Positions 27,390-35,739 of a stretch of 64,000 nt of DNA are shown piece by piece. The position numbers were made by a program, and so were the translations under genes. Within the stretch, counting starts at the first letter, position 1, and every line of letters starts with the position of its first letter. Origin of the DNA: a virus (taxonomy: Duplodnaviria; Caudoviricetes); the IMG/VR virus record IMGVR_UViG_3300031994_000033, positions 32,001 through 96,000 of that record. One strand, written 5' to 3'. The notes under the pieces were generated by a model, which was not told where the DNA came from, did not search any database, and saw nothing but the letters and a program-made list of their open reading frames with translations.

Positions 27390-29774
27390 ATGATCATTGA
27401 AGTGTTCAAAGAGAGTGTAGAGAAAGTAAGGCTGTTCGACGCTATAAATCCGGACTATGTCAATTGGATGTTCGACAGCAAGAACCGTCGAGACGGAGTC
27501 TCTGCTCCACCGTATAGAAACGAAGAGCAGGTTATGCCTGATGGATCTGAGAGATCCTTCATAAATGGGTTAGCGCCGCTTGATCACGATCTGCCTGGAA
27601 CTATCTACTTCGACACTGCAAACGGCGTTAGCCGAGTATACAGCACTCAGAAGAACATCGTCCTTGATTATGCTTCTCCTGCGTTGATGAGCTATACTGG
27701 ATCGTTCACTGGTTTCGACTCAGAAGAGAGTGAATATCAATGGACGCTCGAGCTAGTCATAAAAGACGATAGCGGAATCGATCCAGGAGCATATACTCTC
27801 CAGAAAGTCGTCGGCGAAGAGCGGACTGATCTAGTAAAGTACTCTAGAAAGAACGGAGACGCCCCGTATTGGAACAGCGAAGCTGAGATAGACAACGCTG
27901 GAATACTAGTCGAGGTGACGCAGTCTCTGGTCGACAAGAGCATGTATAGAGTCTCTGTCAGGATGGATCCGAAAAACGGCGAGCTATCTGCGCTACTGAC
28001 GAAGTGCGACGAGGATGGCTATTTCGAGTATCTTCGACTCGGCTTCACATTCTACGACCTCGCTGGAAATGCTCTGACTGGAACACTAGATAAGCCCTTC
28101 GTCAAGTACGACATATCGAGAGAAGAGCTGTTCAAAGATGTCCGTAAGCTGTCTATGTCGTTTATCGACACATATCCCTCAAATCTGTTCATCGACGAGA
28201 ACGTGATAGGCAAGACGACTATATCAGTTGCGAATCCTAACGCTTCACTGATTGAATATGGCTTCAAAATCAAGATTGGACTCAGATCTGACTCTGTCGG
28301 CTATCTATCTGGAGCAACAGACGAGGATCTAGAGAACGGAACGGCTACTCAGCTAGTTGACGGAATCGATAGAAGCGGATCAGTCATCGCTTACGCATAT
28401 CTCGATGGATCAGTCGGAAATCTCGAATGCAGCATATCGGGAGAAACTATCGCGTTTGAGCTAGACAAGAGCATCTCTGCAAAAGTCAGATCGATGACTT
28501 ATGTCGAGAAAGAGCTAGGAACTTTCATAACGGAGTGTGAAGACAATAAGCGAAAGATATATGTCGATCCATTTGTTCCTAGCGTATTGAAGAACGAGAA
28601 GATCTTCGGTCTCTGTAAGCTGTTCGAGAGATATCTCAACAGCATGTACACTCCATTGTCAGGAGACTGCCGAATAGGAATTCTGGAGAAGATCGAGAGA
28701 GTTGGAGAATTCAAGGATCCAGACTTCTGTGAGCCAGAACTTTTACCTAATTTTGCTGAAGAGCATGGATCAGAGATAACATTTAACTACCAGGACGTCA
28801 AAGAAGCAGCTGAGATTCTAGCTAAGTACGAGTCTAGCGGAATGACAGAAGACGGCAATGAGCTGACGAACAAGATCTACCGTCGTTACTACAGCATTCT
28901 GCCCTATATCGACCGCTGGAAAGGAACTATGCGCTCGATCGAGCTTCTCTATCGAGTTCTCGGAATAGACGCTAAGCTTAATCCGCTATGGGAAGGTCCT
29001 ACTGGCGACATGGTCGAAGAAGATAGAGCTGGATCTGACTACAGGCTATCCTCTCATCTGTCGTTGACTTTGAAATCTGAAAAGATCTCTACTGCTGACA
29101 TGAAGAAGCTTTCGAACTTCGCTATGAAAGCGGTCAAGTCGATACTTCCAGTCAATCGAGTGATATCTGACGTCAAAGTATATGACGATCTTGTCAGCGA
29201 TCGGAATGAGACGTTCTTGTTCACGACAACTAGCGTCATTGAGCAGAAGCCGTCTTTGATGGAGAAGATCGCCTTCGCTTGGCAGACGAAGAAGATGAAG
29301 AAGATCGTAAACGTATCTGGAGACTCTTTTGATATAGTCATTCCGATGTTCGCCGAAGAAGTCGAAGTTGGACACACTTCAGATGCTAGCATGACATTCT
29401 CGGTCCCAGACAACTGCGCATTCTATTTCACTCGTTTCGATAGAATGATCAAGGCTTATAATGGCGAGAAAGATTTGACGCTGAGCGTAGCCGGATTATC
29501 TGGCCACTGTCTAGTTCCAAAGAATGTCAATATAACATTCAAAGTGATCGGGGTTTCTCTTGGCAGAAACACGATCAAGATCAAAGCGAAGAAGACGAGA
29601 AACTATCAGTCTCTGATCACTGTCTACAACAACAATCTTGACAGCACAACTAGCTATATAGCGGCAGCATTCAAGTTCTCTAGAGCAGTCGATGACTATT
29701 GCGAGTCGATGTCGCTAGCAGACTATGACATACAAGAGTCTCTTACGACTCCGTATCAGTACGAGGAATCCTGA
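27390..29774 (+). CDS. baseplate wedge-like structural protein
   Basis: DPDFCEPELLPNFA...WKGTMRSIELLYRVLG...KSILPVNR (gp7/P2 gpI-like motif). TATAAATA 7 nt upstream of ATG 27390. Confidence 0.6.
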   Translation: MIIEVFKESVEKVRLFDAINPDYVNWMFDSKNRRDGVSAPPYRNEEQVMPDGSERSFINGLAPLDHDLPGTIYFDTANGVSRVYSTQKNIVLDYASPALMSYTGSFTGFDSEESEYQWTLELVIKDDSGIDPGAYTLQKVVGEERTDLVKYSRKNGDAPYWNSEAEIDNAGILVEVTQSLVDKSMYRVSVRMDPKNGELSALLTKCDEDGYFEYLRLGFTFYDLAGNALTGTLDKPFVKYDISREELFKDVRKLSMSFIDTYPSNLFIDENVIGKTTISVANPNASLIEYGFKIKIGLRSDSVGYLSGATDEDLENGTATQLVDGIDRSGSVIAYAYLDGSVGNLECSISGETIAFELDKSISAKVRSMTYVEKELGTFITECEDNKRKIYVDPFVPSVLKNEKIFGLCKLFERYLNSMYTPLSGDCRIGILEKIERVGEFKDPDFCEPELLPNFAEEHGSEITFNYQDVKEAAEILAKYESSGMTEDGNELTNKIYRRYYSILPYIDRWKGTMRSIELLYRVLGIDAKLNPLWEGPTGDMVEEDRAGSDYRLSSHLSLTLKSEKISTADMKKLSNFAMKAVKSILPVNRVISDVKVYDDLVSDRNETFLFTTTSVIEQKPSLMEKIAFAWQTKKMKKIVNVSGDSFDIVIPMFAEEVEVGHTSDASMTFSVPDNCAFYFTRFDRMIKAYNGEKDLTLSVAGLSGHCLVPKNVNITFKVIGVSLGRNTIKIKAKKTRNYQSLITVYNNNLDSTTSYIAAAFKFSRAVDDYCESMSLADYDIQESLTTPYQYEES

Positions 29775-31213
29775 TGGAAAGAGTAGAGTCGATGCAGTCA
29801 GACAAGGCGCTAGCACCACTGAACAATTTTCTGTTCAAGTGTGAATTCTCACCTGTAGCTGTTGGCGACAATCTATTCTCATATACTGTACTGAAGAAGA
29901 TGAACTACTCGGTCAAGGACATAAAGCTTCCGAAGATGAAGTCTGAGAGCGTCGAGCAAATTCAATACGGATCTTTCTTCGTCTCTTTCCCGTTCTTCGC
30001 TACTGGCGACAAAGAGATGACCATCACCTTCTACGAGACTGACGACATGATGCTCTCGAAGATCTTCTATGCTCTTCAAGCACAGAATCGATGGAGACCA
30101 ACGACAATCTTCAGAGACGCTCAGGCGCAACTCTTCGTCGATGTCGTGATATATGACCAGAGAAGCACACTTTCACCTAAAGAGCACGAGCTGTATCGAA
30201 ACAGATATGGTCTGCTGTTCACATATTTGGATCAACCTAAGTTTGACCGATCTAATGACGCTGACCTATGCACTGTCACTGCACACTTCAACACGATAGA
30301 AGGCGAATACACTAGTGGAAACTGGGACGGATCGAGAAAGGCTCTATTGCACAGCGACTTTAACGCAGTCAACGAGATGAAGATTGGAGACGGCAAGAAC
30401 GGTGGTCTAGACACAGAAGCAGACAATGCTGCAGTTTCGCTACAAGACATCGAAAATCGATTCACAACATGGCTAGGGGAAAGAGAAGCTGAAAAATCAA
30501 AGGAGCATTCAGATGGCGATGGTCACCAATACGAGACGAGGATAGGAACTCAGGATAAGGACTTGAGAAGGTTCTCAGAAGCGCTCGGTTCCGACAACCG
30601 CAAACGCATGCAGTATCTGGCCGATCATCCTGATAAGATCAAAGAGCTTAGAAAGCTACTAATGAATAAAGGAGTCGATGTCGAGGATGATTCGGATCTT
30701 GTTGATGCTCTATACTCTATGGGCATCATCGGCGGTACATATCTATCTGGTGGATATTGTCAGCAGGGAGCGTCAGTCATTGACGCTATCAAGTTCGGTA
30801 CTGAACGCGTACAGGCTGAAACTGCATCTAAGTCAGTTGATGCTTGGCTAAAGACCAAACTCTACAATGAAGATAAGAAGCTCGAAAAGAATGTCAAGTC
30901 AGTAGATGAAGTGAATAAGTATATACAAGAGCTGATCGACAAGGGAGAAATCCAAGAAGGAGACCAGTTGATCATTGATTATCCAAACAAAGACGGAAAA
31001 GAACAGCCAGGGCACATCTTCAGAATGCTATTTAGAGAGAAACCGAACGCAAGAGGACAAGTCGGCTGGGGAGCAGCCGCTGACTATCTACACACTAGCT
31101 ATTCTGGTCTAGGTGGAAAGCATGAAGTGTCTAGAATAAGAGTTATAAAGAAGGCTTTGCGAGATGAAGAAGCCGCTCTAGTCGAAAAGACAACACCAGG
31201 TTCAAAACCGTAA
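29774..31213 (+). CDS. tail-tube-fold (gp19/gp48/gp54-like) protein fused to a CHAP/NlpC-like C-terminal domain
   Basis: N-terminal VKDIKLP...MTITFYETDD; C-terminal GYC...GDQLII...GHI...AD. Confidence 0.5.
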   Translation: MERVESMQSDKALAPLNNFLFKCEFSPVAVGDNLFSYTVLKKMNYSVKDIKLPKMKSESVEQIQYGSFFVSFPFFATGDKEMTITFYETDDMMLSKIFYALQAQNRWRPTTIFRDAQAQLFVDVVIYDQRSTLSPKEHELYRNRYGLLFTYLDQPKFDRSNDADLCTVTAHFNTIEGEYTSGNWDGSRKALLHSDFNAVNEMKIGDGKNGGLDTEADNAAVSLQDIENRFTTWLGEREAEKSKEHSDGDGHQYETRIGTQDKDLRRFSEALGSDNRKRMQYLADHPDKIKELRKLLMNKGVDVEDDSDLVDALYSMGIIGGTYLSGGYCQQGASVIDAIKFGTERVQAETASKSVDAWLKTKLYNEDKKLEKNVKSVDEVNKYIQELIDKGEIQEGDQLIIDYPNKDGKEQPGHIFRMLFREKPNARGQVGWGAAADYLHTSYSGLGGKHEVSRIRVIKKALRDEEAALVEKTTPGSKP

Positions 31214-31219
31214 TAAGAT

Positions 31220-32914
31220 ATGCAGTACAACATCTTTCACAACGACTTCTATGAAGAAATGCCCGGACTCAGCTGGGCGTATAGGCTAGACGTATTGCTT
31301 GGAGAATCTCCTGAGCCGATACTGAGGCTCGGAAAAGCGGTGAAAGATGTCGACCTGCCAGAAGCTGAGCTGAAAGTGCAGCAGGCGTTCTTCTCTGGAC
31401 TCGTGTTCAGAATTCCGATAAGATACAAGAATAGCGGAACATTCTCGATTACGTTCAACGACAACAAGAGACTCGACGTCTATCGAGATCTGATGAGGCT
31501 GTTCAGACGTTCTTATGACAATCGAGAGCAGAACAATGTGCCTGCCAGCGAAGAGTTTAGAGAGATGTATCAGACGATCGGTTCAGACTATAGGCAGAGA
31601 AAGTATAGCGACTTGAGTCAAGAACTATCGTTCGTCATCTATGAGATCGATCCTAGAAAGATAAACTACAGAGACACTCAGCTCATAAGTGAAGTAAGAG
31701 GCGAAGAACTGAGAATAGTTGGACTAGAGACTAATGATCCAGAGGTCGTAGCTAAGTATACGATACGTGACTGCTATATAGAGAATATCGAAGAGATAAC
31801 GTTCGACTATAGCAGTGAAGAGTGCGTCGAATGGTCTTTGAAAGTTCACTTCAATTCGTTCAAAGTTGATTATCATAATCAAGACAAGATCTACATGCCT
31901 GAGCATGAACTAGATGGATTCGAGATGGAAAATCTCGACATGACTGGCTACTTGCCCGATTCTGAATCACGCTACATCGCTAAGTTCGATCCAAAGCGTG
32001 AGAATGACGTTGATCCTCAAGGAAAGGCTGCAATGACAAGATCTCAGCTTCTCGCTAGAGCAAAGAAGGTTCTTGAAGAGACTGGTAGAAAGCTAGAGGA
32101 AAAAGCTAGAAGCGATAGAGAGTATGCTGTTAAAGAATGGGAAAAGCACGTGGATGAAACCGGAAGAGATGAACATGGCAACGTCGGTACTTATGAACAG
32201 AAAGAACAGGCTGATACTGATCTCTCTGATCAGATGACATTTGACGTATTAGAAGCGCATTCATTTACAGAGATGTATGAAAACGGAATCGATCTTTTAC
32301 AGACTTCCGGAACTGTAGCAAAGCAAACAGCAAATGCTCAGCTTAGAAGCTATCTTGACCCAGTACCTCAGGGACCTGCAGTATTTCCACTATCAGAAGA
32401 AGACTCCATCAACGCATCTAAAGCAAAAGATCCGACTAAGATACTTGATATGGAGAAGATGGATCCTACAATAATACCAGCTGCAGTAAATCTGTCACAA
32501 TCTCTACAGAGTGAGCTAGCTGCTATACCTGAAAAAGTAAATTTTGCAAATAAAGATATTGACGTAGTAGAGAATGCGAAGACGGAAGAAGGCCTATCCT
32601 ATTATGGAGACGACAGAAATACTCTAGAAAAGAATACTGCTACGCAGGGAGTAGCTGGAGCAATAGCTAAGTATACTCATGGAGAATACCAAGATGCACT
32701 TGAAGAAGCTCTATACTACGGTAAGAAGATGCGTGAGGAGATCAATCTAAAAGATAATGGATATAAAGACTACGACACGTGGCTATCGAACGTAAATACA
32801 TATTCTAAACTTCGTGACGAAGCCTTAGATAGAGTCATCAAAGCTGGTGGAAATGTAGAACAGATTGCAAAAGAACATCCTGAATTTGCAAAAGCATTAG
32901 AGAAGTACAAATAA
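31220..32914 (+). CDS. tail-tube-fold protein with a long helical extension
   Basis: VKDVDLP, SGTFSITFND and DCYIENIEEITFDYSS...WSLKVHFN. Confidence 0.55.
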   Translation: MQYNIFHNDFYEEMPGLSWAYRLDVLLGESPEPILRLGKAVKDVDLPEAELKVQQAFFSGLVFRIPIRYKNSGTFSITFNDNKRLDVYRDLMRLFRRSYDNREQNNVPASEEFREMYQTIGSDYRQRKYSDLSQELSFVIYEIDPRKINYRDTQLISEVRGEELRIVGLETNDPEVVAKYTIRDCYIENIEEITFDYSSEECVEWSLKVHFNSFKVDYHNQDKIYMPEHELDGFEMENLDMTGYLPDSESRYIAKFDPKRENDVDPQGKAAMTRSQLLARAKKVLEETGRKLEEKARSDREYAVKEWEKHVDETGRDEHGNVGTYEQKEQADTDLSDQMTFDVLEAHSFTEMYENGIDLLQTSGTVAKQTANAQLRSYLDPVPQGPAVFPLSEEDSINASKAKDPTKILDMEKMDPTIIPAAVNLSQSLQSELAAIPEKVNFANKDIDVVENAKTEEGLSYYGDDRNTLEKNTATQGVAGAIAKYTHGEYQDALEEALYYGKKMREEINLKDNGYKDYDTWLSNVNTYSKLRDEALDRVIKAGGNVEQIAKEHPEFAKALEKYK

Positions 32915-32921
32915 ATAATAT

Positions 32922-33248
32922 ATGCCTGGGATATACAATAGAGAGACTCTGTTTCAGAGAAACATAATTGATCAACGTCCGGAGTTCGATCTCGGCAGCA
33001 TCGATTTTCCTGAGCTTCTTGACGACAAGAGCTATCTATGGACTGTCGTTACGACACAAGAGCAGTGCAGGCCAGATCTGATCAGCTATCGTCTATACGG
33101 AACTCCGGATCTGTGGTGGTTCATCATGTGGCTGAATGGAATATCAGATCCTTGGCACGATCTGATGCCTCATGTAGCTCTAAAGTATGTCTCTATCGAA
33201 AAGATCAACAACGCGTTCAAGTACGTCAAAATCCGTAAGCGGGGCTGA
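32922..33248 (+). CDS. baseplate wedge protein, gp53-like (LysM-like)
   Basis: RPDLISYRLYGTPDLWWFIMWLNGISDP. Confidence 0.85.
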   Translation: MPGIYNRETLFQRNIIDQRPEFDLGSIDFPELLDDKSYLWTVVTTQEQCRPDLISYRLYGTPDLWWFIMWLNGISDPWHDLMPHVALKYVSIEKINNAFKYVKIRKRG

Positions 33249-33251
33249 TGA

Positions 33252-34016
33252 ATGGATCCTTATCTGTCCATAAAAGACTACATGGCGACTAAGTCATTCA
33301 AGTTCAGTGACGCATATAGCGTCACTATATTGGACACTGAGCTGAACCGCAGCGTAAACAACCCGACAAATGACAAGACGTCCGAAAATCTGACAGATCT
33401 CTTCTCAACAGCCGACATTCAAGACAACGGAATCGAGACTTTCCAGAATGGCTCGTATCTGATGAGAAGATTCCATTTCAAGAACTGTAGAAGCTTCACG
33501 GCTCCGCAGTACAAGCCAAAAGAAAAGTCGATCAGGTACTGCAATACGACGAGAGTCGTGTATATGCCCAATATCGATAGCTGCGATCCTTTCAAGATCG
33601 TGTTCAACGAGACAGACCGGCAGTATGCGATGAAGTTCATCAAGTACTGCTTGAGAAAGAGCTTTTACGATGAGAAAGAGGATCACTTCAACGACAGCTA
33701 TCGACCATATCGATACATTGATCAGATCAAAGTAGACATCTGGAACAACAGCTTGACTAAGATCGTCATGTCTCACATCTTCTCGTCATGTCGAATCGCA
33801 GATTATGACTACGACTACTCTCTTGACTACAGTCAGGCGAGAATTCTCAATCCTAGCATCTCATTCACTTATCTCAAGTACGAGATAGACACGAGTCCAG
33901 ACATGAACGACGACGGAGAATGGCTGTCGAAGTTGAACAAGAGCAGAATGAGCGGATATGTGCCAGGAGGCTATCATCCGAACGCTGGAAGCGACGTTCT
34001 AAGGAAGTGGAGGTAG
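33252..34016 (+). CDS. tail-tube-fold protein
   Basis: CRSFTAP, FKIVFNETD and LDYSQ...SISFTY. Confidence 0.55.
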   Translation: MDPYLSIKDYMATKSFKFSDAYSVTILDTELNRSVNNPTNDKTSENLTDLFSTADIQDNGIETFQNGSYLMRRFHFKNCRSFTAPQYKPKEKSIRYCNTTRVVYMPNIDSCDPFKIVFNETDRQYAMKFIKYCLRKSFYDEKEDHFNDSYRPYRYIDQIKVDIWNNSLTKIVMSHIFSSCRIADYDYDYSLDYSQARILNPSISFTYLKYEIDTSPDMNDDGEWLSKLNKSRMSGYVPGGYHPNAGSDVLRKWR

Positions 34017-34019
34017 TAG

Positions 34020-34598
34020 ATGAGCAACAACTATTCGATATTCACTAGCGATCTAGACACTTTCGCTGATCCGCAGAAGAACAACCTCTTCTCGGTGATC
34101 TTCTACGACAGCACTGGATTCAATCATCGCTACTCGTCTCCTGAAGAGAACCAGTTTTATCCGATAAAAGCGGATCTTCCTCAACAACAGAATGTGCTCG
34201 TCAAGCGTTGGTACTTCGGAACATATCGCAGAGACGTGATCAACTCAGATCGCGGAGGAAGCACTTCAATCGACTTTCAGATGAGATGCAGCAGCTCTAT
34301 GAACATCAAGCTGCTACAGTTTCTCGGAGTACCCATCGGAGAAGAGTTTCTCGATGAAGAGCAGCGCTTCAAGCATGTCGAGTTCAACAAGAGATTCGAC
34401 AAGATCGAGTTGATCGTCCGTGACAATACGTTTGATGACGGAAACACTTACACTCTATACAACTGCAACGTCGAGAAGGTGATACTAAACCCGCTCGATG
34501 CATCGGCGAATGACATATTGAGATTGACGGCTACGATAACTTATGACACTTTCGATGTCAGACCATCTAAGGAAGGTCGATTCAGAGACGATATGTAG
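34020..34598 (+). CDS. tail tube protein-like (gp19 fold)
   Basis: DPQKNNLFSV, KADLP and YTLYNC...LDAS..DILRLTATITYD. Confidence 0.65.
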   Translation: MSNNYSIFTSDLDTFADPQKNNLFSVIFYDSTGFNHRYSSPEENQFYPIKADLPQQQNVLVKRWYFGTYRRDVINSDRGGSTSIDFQMRCSSSMNIKLLQFLGVPIGEEFLDEEQRFKHVEFNKRFDKIELIVRDNTFDDGNTYTLYNCNVEKVILNPLDASANDILRLTATITYDTFDVRPSKEGRFRDDM

Positions 34599-34607
34599 AG
34601 GTGAGAC

Positions 34608-35327
34608 ATGTACAACGTATTCAAGAACGACTTCTACTTGACAAAGCCCGCTCCTAAGTGGGCATTTACGGTAGAGTTCTTCTTTACGCACAATATCGAC
34701 TTTGACGAGGCGTCGACTACGCCAGAGTTTAACACGGACGACAAAGAGCTGAGTGCTCCAGATGGGCTTACTGACATTGTCAAGGCGCTAAGAGAGAAGA
34801 AGAGAGGAACAAAAGAGCTGTGGATGGAGAAGCTGCAGAAGAGCGTCGCGAAGTTCCCTCTGCCACATCCTTCTCCTGAAGCCTCGAACATGCTGTTCTT
34901 CCAAGGCTATCATTACGACACTCCCTCGAGATACAATCAATCGGGCTCTGTCGTAGTGACATTCAACGACAACATCAATCGTGACATTCGATGCATTCTA
35001 GAGCAGCTTCACAACTATGACGCTTACAGCTATCGAAATGATCCTTCAGATCGAACGGCTATACCGCTGCTTCCGAACTTTCTCCATTTCGACATTCTTT
35101 TGAGAGTCTATGACGTGGAAGAAGTGAACCAGTATGATCCGACTGACGGCACTGACGAAGTGACTCAGAAAGGCACTGTTCAGAGCTTCTTCTTTGAAGA
35201 GTGCTACATATCTAAGCTCTCAGCCGACAAGCACACATACGAGTCTAAAGATCAGATTAGACAAGTCGATGCGACGATCGAGTTCCAGAGAATGACACCA
35301 CTGTACGAGGAAGTGAAGCAGATATAA
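34608..35327 (+). CDS. tail-tube-fold protein
   Basis: PAPKWAFTVEF, RYNQSGSVVVTFND and FEECYIS...VDATIEF; resembles the N-terminus of 31220. Confidence 0.55.
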   Translation: MYNVFKNDFYLTKPAPKWAFTVEFFFTHNIDFDEASTTPEFNTDDKELSAPDGLTDIVKALREKKRGTKELWMEKLQKSVAKFPLPHPSPEASNMLFFQGYHYDTPSRYNQSGSVVVTFNDNINRDIRCILEQLHNYDAYSYRNDPSDRTAIPLLPNFLHFDILLRVYDVEEVNQYDPTDGTDEVTQKGTVQSFFFEECYISKLSADKHTYESKDQIRQVDATIEFQRMTPLYEEVKQI

Positions 35328-35358
35328 ATAATTCAAAGACTTTTGCAAAGGTTTCAAC

Positions 35359-35715
35359 ATGAAGACACTAAAAACATATATCGTGAACGAAGTCATCAAC
35401 TCTCTTGGTCCAAGAGAGTTTCCTGGATCTGTTCTATACGGCTCTACATCTGACGCTGTTCCTAACACCGACAAGTGTCAAGTCGACCCTCACCGTCATC
35501 ACTACTACATGGACAAGAACTCTAACCTCGGTCATACTGACAAGGCTGGAATCGACGGTCACATGCATCTGATCATCGACGGCAAGATCATCGCTGGAAA
35601 TCATCATCACACTCTAGAAGAGCCGCAGGGTTCTTGTCAGTCCTTCAACGAGATCGAGGACCAGACCGGAATCGTCATGCCAGTCTTCCAGACTGAGCTT
35701 TCCAAGCAGAAGTAA
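35359..35715 (+). CDS. His-rich (HxH-repeat) small late protein
   Basis: HRHHY...GHT...GHMH...HHHTL; late promoter; MKTLKTYIVNE N-terminus. Confidence 0.65.
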   Translation: MKTLKTYIVNEVINSLGPREFPGSVLYGSTSDAVPNTDKCQVDPHRHHYYMDKNSNLGHTDKAGIDGHMHLIIDGKIIAGNHHHTLEEPQGSCQSFNEIEDQTGIVMPVFQTELSKQK

Positions 35716-35739
35716 ACAAATCTTTACACTGGAGTTCTG

